Source: Moniliella sp. 'wahieum' (lineage: Eukaryota). From it: a stretch of 64,000 nt of DNA. The number at the start of each line of letters is the position of its first letter. Position 1 is the stretch's first letter. Location: positions 186,001-250,000 of the forward strand of contig RSEE01000020.1 in assembly GCA_003971905.1 (NCBI GenBank), written 5' to 3'. A program made the translations under genes and the position numbers. Below are positions 12,801-24,759 of this stretch, one piece after another. Below the pieces are notes generated by a model, which was not told where the DNA came from, did no database searches, and worked only from the letters and a program-made list of their open reading frames with translations.

Positions 12801-13340
12801 GGAGGCCACAGGGGCATCCTCGTCGCTCAGCTCAGCGGTGTCCCCCTTGTGCCGTTTGGGGGGGTTCAACTCATCATCGGGGACGAGGCGGCACGCTTGA
12901 CTCCACTTGAACCAGCCTGTTCTTCTTCGGCGTTGGGGAGAAAAAGGGGTTCTTGGGGCTGACGCACCCGTTGTCGCCAGCAAATCCGATCATCGTGTGG
13001 CGGATCTTGTCACGCTTAGCTTGGTCCTGCGCTGAGAGGGAGAGTGCATCGGGCTGAGCAGCAGCATCAGAGGAAAGCGGGCGAGGCGGGCGGAAGAAAA
13101 AGATGAAGAAGCAGCCGTACGCTGGGAGGTGTTGGCGCTGGTTTTGGGTCTGGCGCTAGCGTTGGCCATGGAGGGGTCTGGGCGTGGGGGGCGAGGGGGA
13201 ACGGCAGGCGCAGCGGTTGGGCGCTCATCGCCAGACGAAGTGTCATCGACCAGGACGGTCGACGGCCTTGCTGGCGCACTTGGCGAAGCCTCGGCTGGCG
13301 AGGGGCGGGGGCGCCCAAAGAAGGATTCGAGCGAGCGCAT
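9837..13340 (-). CDS. MSH3: DNA mismatch repair protein MSH3 (MutS-beta subunit)
   Basis: PIP-box-like start MRSLESFF; YTELEEQILDLKRRYPGVVLMVELGYRY (MSH3-type mismatch domain lacking the MSH6 GxFYE Phe); GLKVGVVTQLET; Walker A ITGSNMGGKSS; SILTRMGASDDL; Walker B LVVMDELGRGTST; LFITHY; VFLYKL..G.ASGSFG. Intron 12481-12540. Frameshifts. Confidence 0.92.
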
Positions 13341-13788
13341 CGTCGCTGGCGGGAGCGCGGGCGTGGCGGAGAGGTGCGACAGCCGAGGACGAGCGATTGT
13401 TCGGCGTGTTCTGGCGCCAACCCCAACACGAAGCAACGCGCCGCTGCCTGCTTCCCGCCGCCCAAATTGAAACGTAATGCGGGACTCTGAAAGCTGAATT
13501 GGGCTTTCGGCAGCGCACGTTTTGCACCGAGTAGATCACTCCCAAAGCTGCCTCGACGGCCCATCAAGTGCGCCTTCCCTCGTCGCACTGCTGGCCGCGC
13601 CACATGTGGCACCATTCGCCATCCACTATCTTCGGTCCCCACGCGCACCATCATCACCCAGTCGGCAGTATGCATTGCCACATTAGGACACACACGTAAC
13701 TGTTGTGCAAATACTCAGTATGCTGCGCTCATCGCCAAATTCGAGAGGTGACCGGGCTGCGTTGTGCATCGTGTCGACTCCCACCTAG

Positions 13789-14789
13789 CTAGAGCTTGAC
13801 CCCTTCAAATACCGAGATGCCATCCTTGTCAAAGTGTAGCACCGCCTGCTCATCTCCATCCACACCGTGTCGCCTTGGTCTCGCGCGAGGGCGGGCATCG
13901 TCGCTCCAATCGCCGTTGCCACGCTCGGTCGGGTTGTCAGGCAAGTGGTCAAAGTCCCAATTGCGTTCCACACCCTGGCTTAGGTGGTGAGCCGAGCCGT
14001 TGAGCAGCAAACGATACCGCGATCCAGCAGTCGAGGGTGTAGTAATGGTGCCTCGGGTCCGACAAGCTCGAGAGCGTAGCTGGCCTCGAGCGGGACGTAC
14101 AGATAACGAGGCAGTACCTGCGCCCACCGAGAAACCCCGACCGCCTGGGCCCATGTCCTGGTCCAATGGCGCGACCGAGCGCAATAATTGGGGCGGCATG
14201 GCAGCAAATCAGCACTCGCTTGATCCCAAGTTTCTCACACCGGGATTCCAGCAATTGGAAGACACGCTTCATCCGAGTGTACAGCTGCTCAGTTGACTCG
14301 CCCAACGGAGAGGCATACAGTAGCGGCGTCCATTCATGGCTCAACGTCCCGGGCGGGAAAAGATCCTCCACATCTTCAATGCGGGGCGGGAAAGGGTGAT
14401 GCCCCGACTCGGGCGGAAGACTGGCGGGTACCACTCGGCTAAACCAGGCTCAGGCATGATGGGCATCTTAAGTTTCTGGGCGGTAGGGAAAGCAGTTTGC
14501 AGGCAGCGATAATAAAGAGACGAAACGATCAGTTGCGGACGCTCCTGTTCGGAAGAGACGCAAACCACTGTCCATCTCCTCGGCTTGTTCCTGTGGGCGT
14601 ACGATGAAGACGGAAAGGTAAGTTTAAGACCGAGGCTAGCATGGCCAACGCCAAATCATGGGGATTCGTACGCACAGTTCCATGGGCAGTGAGAACTGGG
14701 TCACGGGGGCGCCCAGTGAGTGGGAAAAGCTCCTTTCCCTGCCAGTTCATTCGGAATCCATGGCGCGCAACGTAAACCCGATCCAACAT
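13789..14789 (-). CDS. Histidine phosphatase / PGAM superfamily protein, resembling the Tfc7 (tau55) N-terminal domain
   Basis: MLDRVYVARHGFRMNW (RHG motif); DPVLTAHG; SSLYYRCLQTA; EPGLAEWY; VLICCHAAPIIALGRA; ends GVERNWDF...EGVKL*. One intron near 14593-14674. Confidence 0.85.
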
Positions 14790-16780
14790 GATGAATGGCG
14801 GCCTTGGGATCGAGCTCGAGTGGTGGTGGGCTCGAACCCGCCCAGCCAACAAAAGCCAGGCTGATATACGACACCAATTCAAACAGCATCACGTGAAAGT
14901 GCAACCCTACCATGTAATGTACCGGCTCCCATAGAAGCGGTTGAATCACAGATCACCGGAGGGGGGGGTGAGCAACCCTATGTGGCAAAACCACCCCATC
15001 CCTCTTGTGCTCTTAACTAAACACCTCTCCATACCTCCTGTCGCTCTGAGTGCCTGGTTCGATGCTCAGGACTAATAGTCCAGAATGTGGCTTGTGAAGT
15101 TCACGGGGGAACGCATTCAATAATGAAGTGTTTTGGTTTGGAAGAGTCGACAAAAATAGTAGCCTCATCGAAAACAGAGAGAGAGAAGAAATGCACCGTT
15201 TGATTTTTGTTATAGTCGGTACGTTCAACGTGCGCTGCATGTACAATCAAGCATGGGGCGTCCCATGCCGGCACGTTCCACCCAGTGTATCGCATTTGAG
15301 GTACCACCGCTTTACCTTTGCCGGGAAGAGGGCATCTTACAAAGAAATCATGCGATTTGCAGAACTTTTAAAACAGAGACCACCGGGGCAAAGAACCCCA
15401 GGCCCCGGCGCCTATAGTACTAGGCTCGCTCATCTGTAGTGTGCTACAGGCTCGTTTTCTAATGCAACCAGGAAGGGATGATATGTGTATTATGGTTAGG
15501 TCAGACTGGACTCTCTGGCTCCTGTCATTCCCTTCCAAAGCGAATACAGAGCCCCAATGGATAGGAATGAAAGTATTATAGGATCAGGAGACTTGTGCAC
15601 GATACGAAAACCCATCAACACCACTATTACCTTTTACCATCCCCAACCTTTTTGCCTTCTGGAGTATGCCTTTCCTCACGTTCACTTCTGTATGTACGGT
15701 GCGTATGGATGGAACAGTGTGGAGCGCGCTCACTCGTGTTTCTTGAGGTGTGGGTGTTGGGCCACACCCCTATCCTGTTCTTGCACCTGAATTAAGAGTC
15801 CTTTTTCTTCCGTCATTGGGGCTTAGTTGTTTACTCATATCCATGATATGGTTGTGTCAACAAGCATGAATCGAGCCCCCTACTTGGCGGTGTTGGGGAA
15901 GTTATGTGCCTCAACGTGATTTTGGTCATGGTAAGCACGTGCCTGCATCGAAACGGTCCATTGGGCAGTAGCAATTGTGGACCTTGTCCATGACCGTCAA
16001 GCAGTGCCCTCTCATATATCTTCTATACCTGAGAGTACATATGGACAGAGAGTTGTGAGCGGTATGCCTCCAGTGCGCTGGCTGCTTCACTTCTGTCTTC
16101 AACGGTCTACCATCCGTGGCATGCTCTCCGGTATAGGAAAACGATTTGTAACTGCAGGCATTCTCCTCATAGAAATACTGCGCTGTGTATATGCCCAGGC
16201 CTCCCCGGACGCTTTACAAGACGCACACACCAAACCTGGGCGGGCATCCGTTTTCTCTCCCTCTCCCTCCCCTGATTGATTTCGGCCATGATATATGATA
16301 ATTGATTGTTCTCCCCGTAGTTACTCTATTCGTCCCAATCTCCCGTCTGTTTCATAGGTTTTTTATGTTGCGCTACACCGTGTGCAAAACCACAGTACCT
16401 CTGCAGCTGCGTGTTTTGCTTCTTCGTGGCACAGACTCTTCCGTGTGGTGGCTGCAGGGAGGAGCGACCAGAAGCTGCGGGTGCAATGAGCAGAACCGAG
16501 GTTACGAGTGGAGGGGAGAGCAGATTGGCGGAGAGGAGACAGGAGGCAGCCGCGGAGGAAGGGAGGACAGGACGTGCGCAGCGCAGTTTACCTGTGTGCA
16601 CACAGGTTCTGTGCTTTTGGGCCACACCAGCAGGCTAGGAACGTGCCCGTCGCTCACCCCCCAGGGGACTGACGCAAAACGGTACACTGCTCCTGCGCCA
16701 GTATGTGATATGGTCAGTACCCGCATGTGTCACCAATCACCGATTACGCTTACAGCTTACGCTCACAGGCTAGATTAGCA

Positions 16781-16944
16781 TCATGCATCATGCATCATGC
16801 GTCGTATCGGCAGCACATCCCACAGAGCCGTGCTCTGCCGCGCCTCGGCATTCAGGTGCTCAGGTGTTCAGGCACGGTTATCGTCCCCGCTCCAAGCTTC
16901 AAGCCTCAAGCTCTCAAGCCTCAAGCTTCAAGAGCTTCAAGCTT
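16781..16944. repeat. Heptamer-period tandem arrays (TCATGCA)n and (TCAAGCY)n upstream of the asparaginase gene
   Basis: tcatgcatcatgcatcatgc at 16781-16800; ccaagcttcaagcctcaagctctcaagcctcaagcttcaagagcttcaagctt at 16892-16944. Confidence 0.85.
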
Positions 16945-17082
16945 TTCGGCTTCACCGGTCACCCCACCCCATCACCACATTTCCACCCCCATCTCCACCA
17001 CCACGCTACGGTCACTACGGGCATCGATACTGGGGCGCACGTCTGAGCTATGTTGATCACTAAATCGCCTCCACCCTCCCTA

Positions 17083-18663
17083 ATGTCCACCGGGATGCCC
17101 TCCCGGTCTAGTGCGCTGGCCTCGCCCTTGACGATTGCCATCCACGGTGGTGCGGGGACAATCACGACCGACATCCCTCCAGCCCTGCAGAGCGCTTATC
17201 GTGAGTGCCTGCGCGTTTCTCTTCGGGCGGGATGGGCCGTATTGGAGGCAGGTGGGACATCGCTGGACGCGGTGTGCGCCTCTGTCAAGGTGCTCGAAGA
17301 CAGGTATGTCCTCGCCCGGCCACTGCCGTAGGCTATCCACTGACTTGAGCTTCGCTTCCCTAAGCTCATTGTTTAACGCGGCAAAAGGTGCAGTCTTTAC
17401 CAAAGGGGGCAAGGTCGAGTGCGAGGCTAGTGTGATGGTCACAGGCCCCTTGCGTCCCGGAGAAACCAGCTCCGGTTTGCCCTCGCTGATGCATGGAAAT
17501 GCTTGGTTCGAGCGTGGCTGTCCGGCTAACGAGGCCCCCGTACCTCCCGCCAAAGGGGAGAAGGCTCGGCTAGCTGGCATGGACCCCGATCTGGCCGGTG
17601 ATCAAGGATTTGAGACGTCGGGCATTCCTTCCACCCGCCGGTGCGCAGCAGCTACTTTGGTGACGCAGACCAAGAATCCCATTCTCCTCGCTAGAACCCT
17701 CTACCTACTACCGGACGAGGCTCCTCATGCACTCTTGTCGGGTACCGAGGCCGAGAAGATTGGCTGGGGCCGGGGCACGGTCAAAGTGGACCCCAAATAC
17801 TATTGGACGCGGAAACGTTGGCTCGAACACCGTCGCGGACTGGGTTTACCCGACGATGACGAGGAAGGTGATGGTCTGGATGTGCCGCCGGCGTACGCCC
17901 CCGGTCCATTTACTGAGCCTCTTGCACCCCGCCCCGATGGTGACTTGGAACAGCACCATGACGTGCTCTCTGCTTTCCAGGAAGAGAACGATTTTCTTGA
18001 TCTGCCCAAAGGTACGGTGGGCGCTTGTGCCATCGATGCTGCTGGACGGCTGGCGGTGGCTACCAGCACGGGAGGCAAAACCAACAGTCAGATGGACGTA
18101 TTGGAGACACGCCGTCGGTTGGCGCCGGGTTTTGGGCCGAACGTTTCGCCGTCGAAAAGGCGGCGCAAAGCGAGGAGCCCGAGGAGTCATATAACTGCCT
18201 CTGTTCGTTGAACTTTTCCTTGGGTGACGGCAGCAAATCGGATGGGCTTTCCAACTACTCCAAGTCGGGTTCAAGCATCCCGTCGACCGGGGTCGCTCTG
18301 AGCGGCACAGGGGACGGCGATTATTTCTTACGCGGGTCATTTGCTTCGCTGGTGGCTCACAGGATGCGTTTCCTGGGTGAATCAGCAGCTGTGGCAGGGC
18401 AAAAAGCTGTGGATGAGCTAGGGTCTATTGATGGTACGTCTATCGCGATATGCGCGTACTCTGTGCATAATGTGGATGACAGCTCCGATTAACTGTGCAT
18501 TGCATTCTTGTCTTAAGGCGTCGGAGGGGCGATTGTGCTGGACCAAACTGGGCAAGTCACGTTCCCGATGAATTCCAACACAATGAACCGGGGAGTCATG
18601 ACCAACACGAAGGGCCATGTTCGTCCGCGGGTTGCTCTCTTCCAGAACGAGTCCCTGGCCTGA
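17083..18663 (+). CDS. Isoaspartyl peptidase / type-2 L-asparaginase (Ntn-hydrolase)
   Basis: IAIHGGAG; LFNAAKGAVFT...VECEASVM; TKNPILLAR; autocleavage KG|TVGACAID..G.LAVATSTGG; GRIGDTP..GAGFWA; VALSGTGDGDYF. Introns 17304-17364 and 18434-18517. Ends VALFQNESLA*. Confidence 0.9.
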
Positions 18664-19398
18664 AAATACTACACATCTACGCCGCTATCACATGGCGGTG
18701 TATCTGTCGGTGTGGCCATGGGTATACATTTTGCTATGCGTTGCTCGATGTTACACAATGCCGGTATGATCGGTCTCTTTTGCATTGTCGACAGCCGCGT
18801 TCGAGACTGTGTCGTACTGTTGTTCATGTAGACAAGCAGATGGGCATCATGCGGATCACGAGTATGATGGAGGGCGGTAAGGCGTGAGGGGAAACAAAAC
18901 GAGAGCGTGAGATTTAAACGGGCTGTTGGGGTATAGCTCACTGGAATACTGCTATGCGGTGCTGTGCTGTTCTATCTCGCTGCTTCGACTGTTATGCAGA
19001 GACGGTAGATGGACATAGCATGAGCGTGAACATGTTGCTGCTGCTGAATTGGTGAGCGGCTTAGGAGACGATGAAAGCCAAACGGAATGGCAGGGGAGTA
19101 GGCGCCATCTCCTCCAGCAAACGGCGAATGCGAGGGCCTGCGGTGCACACCGCGTTTCGTCATGCAATATGCACGGCCACTCAGTAGGAGACCATTGAAA
19201 CTGTCTGCAGGCCTAGTCGCGTCGATCACCGTTCGCGGTTACCGGCCACGGTCACTCGTCCTTGCCATTGTCGCCTGCTGTCACGTACATCATGCATCAG
19301 TGCTAGTTTCATTGGCTGGGGCTGGACCAAGTGACGCAAGCCACAACTATGAGGTTTTGAGCAGCTGCCACCATCTCCGGCATCGCTACGTCTCGCTG

Positions 19399-21154
19399 AT
19401 GCCATCAATCTCTCCACGAAGAAGCCTCCGTGTGCGCCTAAAGCGCCCATCTGCACACAAGAATCATAATGTGGATTCAGAGAGCAGTGACGACAGCCGC
19501 GACGAAAGCTACCGGCCCCCCAGCCCCAGAAGCAAACGCCCAAGATCCCCGGCCAGCTCGGGGAGCCAGAAGAGGCATCATCTTCTCGCCACCGTCGTCG
19601 CTCTCCGCCCGTTCCTGTTTCCGCCCCATCCACTTCCAGCCGTGATCAAGAATATCCTGTCGATGACCCTGAGATGATGATGATCGCCCCACAACCTCGG
19701 AGACCCGTGGTCCGCCCGGCGGCTCTGAACCACTCCGAAGATGACCGCTTTGCCTCATTGCACCGCCGGGCCCAGGCTCCAGCAGAAAGCCAGTCTGGAT
19801 GGAACACCACTGCTCCCGCAGCGTACGCTAATGATAATGCAGCCCGATCGTCAGCTCGTATTCGGATGCGGGATGCGCAAAGCGCTCGCCAAGCGGAGAT
19901 GGAGACCAACTTGGCCTGGGCCACGGAGCTTGGTGCTGAGGATGAAGAGCCTACAGAGGAAATTCAAATTCAGGCACCCGAACCCACTTCGTCGGTACGA
20001 TCGAACCGCTCTGCTCATTCAGGCAGGAACAAGTTGGATCAGCTATGGCAGCAAACATTAGGTGCCAAAGGCAGACGTGGCGGACATGGAACATCGGCTC
20101 GGCCCGCATCTGGTCCTGTGGGCAGGAACAAGAATCTACAGGCGGGGGCTAGCCAGCATCTTCTCGAAGCTCAGGAACTCCGCCAAGCTGAAATTGATGC
20201 CAAGAAAGCCTGGGCTTCTTTCCACGCCCGCAAAGCTGGAGAGCTGCCAGTACTATGAACGGAGATATTGCCCTGCCTTCCACTCCATCGCATTCGAATC
20301 CCACCCTGGTTCAACTGATCGTCCGGTACACACATCTGACTCCCCACCACCGCCAGCTACCGCTAGCAAAGAAACTCACTCACTCGCCTCCTGGTTGGGC
20401 TTGGCTCCTAAGGAATCGGAGCTGCCAGAACCTGTCTCGTGCGATTCGGCGCAGCTGGTGGATCGGGATTCCCTTTTCGTGGGTTCGTCTACCCTCTCGA
20501 GAGCTCTCGTCCGGCCGAGGTGGCAGCTGTTCTCAACCATCTCACGCATCGTGTTCACCCCCATGTCCCCGTCAACCTACTCCCCCTGCCTTGCGGGTTG
20601 CTCCTGCCAGCAAACGTGGTGCGTCGCATGACATGTACGCCCTACGGGTGTTGCAGTTGCGCCCTGGAAGGACAGGAGACAATGGATCGGCAGATTATTC
20701 GGTTATCGAGGAGACTGAGGACGACGGAGAAAAGTGGGGCGCTCAAAAAGTTCTGATGGCGATGCGAGAGCAAGGGATTGTGGATGCCATCTGCATTGTG
20801 TCCCGTTGGTATGGGGGGGTCATGCTCGGCCCCGATCGCTTCACTCATATCCACAATGTGGCCACGCATGCACTGCAGGCGTTCCGTGTGCAAGAACAAA
20901 TCGGACCGATTGTGGCTCAATTGGTGGAACTGGACCAGGAATTGGATTCCCTTCGGGGACAGTTGGCCAAGGCGAGAGGGAACCCGGCTCCCGCTGTAGC
21001 AGCCCCGGCTACAGCAGCCAAATATGGTCATGTACAAGCTCTTGATCAGGCCCAGCGACTTCTGACCGCACGACAGGCGGCGGTGCGTGCTCAAAGGCGA
21101 GTATTAACTCAAGTTCGGGACAAGATCAAGGCACCGCCAGAATCATCCACATGA
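19399..21154 (+). CDS. IMPACT/YIH1 family (UPF0029 domain) protein with long disordered N-terminal extension; could be two genes split near 20258
   Basis: DRDSLFVG; ASHDMYALRV; EDDGEKWGAQKVL; DAICIVSRWYGGVMLGPDRFTHI; C-terminal helical tail. No RWD domain recognised. Confidence 0.75.
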
Positions 21155-21349
21155 CACAGCTCACCCAGGGTCATATTCTGCACCTTTCTTATATACTTCT
21201 ACGTCCAATGCGAGGACGCCCAACCCGAATGCAGAGGAAGTCGTAGGCCGAGAATTCGCATGGTTCGGGTTCGCTACTAACAGGAGGGGAGCGGGAGGGG
21301 GCAAGGACCTTGCGGCAGTGAACAGAGGATGGTTGGAAACATACTAGGC

Positions 21350-23684
21350 TTAGAGCTTAGATTTGCAGCAGGCTGCCTCCGCGTTGGCCCGAACCGAGGC
21401 AGGGTCGTCGGTTGGACGAATGTCCATTGCCGGGTTGCGAGGGAAAAAGAAGCTGGGCTTGAAGTAGAACGACACTTCATCCGATGGCATGACGGGGAAG
21501 CTGGAGGACAAGAAGCATGCAGGTCAGAAAGATGAACAAGCAACGAGATAAGGGATGTGGAGAACTCACTCTTCTGCCCGGGGCAAGTGAGTGATGCCGG
21601 TAGTGAAGAAGAGGACGATGTCCTTGTTACGAATGGATTCCGTGCCATCGCCCACCCAAGCCTCGACCGTGTCTGCGGGAGTCTTGGTGGTCTGCACCAC
21701 GTGTTTGCCGGCAGGGTACAAGCGACCTTCTCGTAGGGCACCGTCCAGAGTGCATGCTTTGCAAACGGAGCGCGGGTCGCGACGAGACTGTCGTGGTGAG
21801 CAAGAAGCTTGGGCTGCTGAGGGATCACCAGCTTGAATCCCACCGGCTTGTTGTTGGCGTAGTGCTTTTTGTTCTCATTGACAATCACCCAGCCACGCTC
21901 TGAGTCGGCATCGGCATCACGCACCCCATCGCCCGTCGTCTCAAACGTGGTCTGAGGGGCAATGTAGGCGTTGCCAGCCCAGTTGCGCGGGTGACCCGTG
22001 GGGTAGGGTGACGACTCGACGTGTTGTTCCACCACACTGTTAAGTGGGCCGTCGATGTGAGGGTCGATGCGGACGCTTAAATGTGGATATGGGGTTAGCC
22101 ACTGAAAATAATGTATGGAAAGAGGTGCGTACCTGAACAGATGCTGGTGGTACTGGGCGTTGATACGGGGTGCCACTTCATTACCATATGTAGTAGTCTC
22201 CCGGGGCCGAGAGGCGAAAGATTAAGAATGCCCGTAAGGTTAAGCTTGCAACCCCATGTGCCATCGAGGAAGAACTCCCACGAAGCCTGAAAAAAAACAA
22301 TGGTTAGCAGGGAAGACTCACGGAGCATTGACCTCGTGTGGAGGAGCAAATTGAAGGCCTTACCTTGTATTCGTAGTTCGCCACAGTGTAGACCGAAGAG
22401 ATGACGAGCTTGCGTTGACGCACAGTCGCCCGCAAGCCGTTAGGACGGAAGTCGGCATGGGTCCAGGCAGTGCCAGCGTCCTCATGGATGCAAATTGCGT
22501 TTTGGACTGTACGCACCGAGCCGTCGTGCTGCACAAGGTGGCCATCCATGTACTCGATGCTACCCAGGCAGTCACATCCCAGCGAAAGTGAGTTGGACAA
22601 CATTCCCAGCCCATATTCGCCAACATCGAATGCAAACTTCTTGTACCACGGTAATCAGGGTGGGAGTATGGAACAACCATTTCCGCCAAAGAGGCCCGGT
22701 AGAACAAAGGCCGCTCTTCGGGTTCTTGAGGCTGGCGCCTGGGGCTTCCGAATCCTTGTAAGAAATCGTCGAAAGCACAATCCCCTCTCGCGGATGGAAG
22801 CCAACGTGGATCTTCCACTTCTGCCATTCCAAAATGTTGCCCGTGCGGACGAAGGATACACCTTCGGGTTGTACGACCTGCAGGGGTTTCAGTCATCACG
22901 GAACCCGTTGGGGGCCGAGCCATCCGGCGTCTGGACCATCTTGGGGTGCCACTCGTGCTTTTTGCGTGGGGGGCCGTAACGGGGACGCAAGGCCGGGTCC
23001 GGCTTGGTAAACCCAGGGGGAGGAGGGGCACTGGTGGCGGAGGTCGAGAGCTCACGGGGGCCCTTGCGTACGCATAGGAGGGTAGTCAATCGCCAGAACC
23101 TCGCCAGTGTTACTGTCCAAGACAGGGCAAAGTCAAGCGGGTGGGCGTAGTGGTTGTCGTCCGGGCTGCCAAAGCGTGCGTAACAGTAGGCTTCTTGCAA
23201 ACGGCGGCCGGGGAAGCGCGTGTCCCAACCGACCAGCCATCGGCATACAATTGATGGGGCTCAACGCCAATCTCCTTGAGTGCCTCAATTACCTTAGGCG
23301 ACTTGCGAAGGTTGTCCTCCGCTACCTCAAGCTCTTGGACGGTGATTGCGGGTTGCACACCTTCAGGGAGAAGGATGACATCGACCACGGTCGGTTGAGG
23401 TGCCGATGGGGAAGAGTGACGTACAACTCGTACGCACGACCACCAACAGCATCAATCACGCACCTCCACCTGACGTTCAATCTTGGTCTTTGGCCTCTCC
23501 GCTGGACCGCCGGGCCAACGGATGTGTTCGATCACGGCGTTCTTCTCAGGCTCCTTGAGATAGACGTTGGTGATCTTGAACGCCTTGAGGCCCAGCTTCT
23601 CAACAGCATGGGTCTTGACGACAGCACCAGCAGCCGCAATCTCCTCAGGTGTGGGCGGATCAAGCGGTGGAAGGGGAGCGACAT
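21350..23684 (-). CDS. Peroxisomal copper-containing amine oxidase
   Basis: LDPPTPEEI start region; EWQKWKIHVGFHPREG; RASLAEMVVPY; catalytic AFDVGEYGLG; SLGCDCLG; TPQ consensus TVANYEY; Cu ligands YHQHLF; C-terminus AACCKSKL* (PTS1; TAA 21350-21352). Several introns and frameshifts. Confidence 0.93.
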
Positions 23685-24759
23685 AATGGCGCACTGAGCA
23701 GAGGGTGTGGTGGGGGGTGGGTTGATGGTGAAAACAGCGCAGTATAAGACGGCACCAGCAGGGGCACTTAAATAGAGTGCTTGCGGAGCCAACTCTATAT
23801 GGAAGAAGTGCACCCGCGGCCTGTTCTGGTTTGCCTGTCTCCTTCAAAACCCAAACGGACCCGTGCACAGATACTGACTGATAGATATCCCCAATCATTA
23901 ACCAGGGTGTGGTTCAGGCACCACAGAGCACACAGCCGCCATCTCAGGTCACAGAGAGCAAGTCCGTTCACAACAGAAGAAACCAAAGCCGACTGGTCCA
24001 AAGGAGCCACCACTGTAGGGCAGCGCGCAGAGCAGGCCAAGTCCGATGGAGCTGCCTCTGTCAGCGATCAGGCTGATCACAACCAGCACGGCTTATCGAT
24101 ATCAATATCAGCTCCCACCAGTATTCAATGCCCAGCGCCCATCCAGCACCACGCAACCCTAGCTGGCCTGGCGCCACTGAGCAACCCACTGACGCCGTGC
24201 TGGGGAGCGCGCTTAGGCGCTTGGGGCCAATCAATTTAATTGTTAGTCTAAGCGCGCTTACACGGGCCTGCTGCTGCTTAATGCTTAGGGACGTGCACTG
24301 GGCCTGCGCCCGTTGCACCCTGCCTCAGGCCAGGCCTCATGCATCCATGATATATGATACCCCGCGTCACGCGTCAAGCTTCAAATTTCAAACTTGAACT
24401 TGAGATGCTCTGGCGATGACGGTGTCATACGTCGTCTCGCGTCGCATATCATCCTGACATGTGATAAGAAGATGCCGTGGATCAATTGTGGTTTTCGAAG
24501 TCAGTACTGAGACTTAGTATTCAGTACACAGTACTTGTGCTCAGTACTCAGTTCTAGTCAGTGGGCAGCCGTGTACTGGGCTGTACAGTGGCTGTACCCG
24601 CACGCCTCCAGCCTGCTCTCACCGCCAGCACCAACTGTCGCGTGCGCCCCCCAATCCCCCTCTTAAAGCAGTCCCACTTCCACCCACTGCCCACCCCAAC
24701 GCCAACAACCCACCGTCTCTTCTTCGCCACCCACACCTACATTCGCATCACATCCGACC
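23685..24759. promoter_or_regulatory. Divergent promoter region shared by amine oxidase and formaldehyde dehydrogenase
   Basis: Head-to-head gene orientation; GATAAG/CTTATC elements at ~24091 and ~24463; heptamer arrays at 24367-24403 and 24501-24553. Confidence 0.6.

Noticed and set aside
15128..15439. ORF with QAWGVPCRH, reminiscent of a MULE SWIM finger
   Set aside because: The CxC half is incomplete, and no DDE domain or terminal inverted repeats were found.
16892..16944. Short repeats as a CRISPR array
   Set aside because: 7-bp period, no unique ~30-bp spacers, eukaryotic context, no cas genes.
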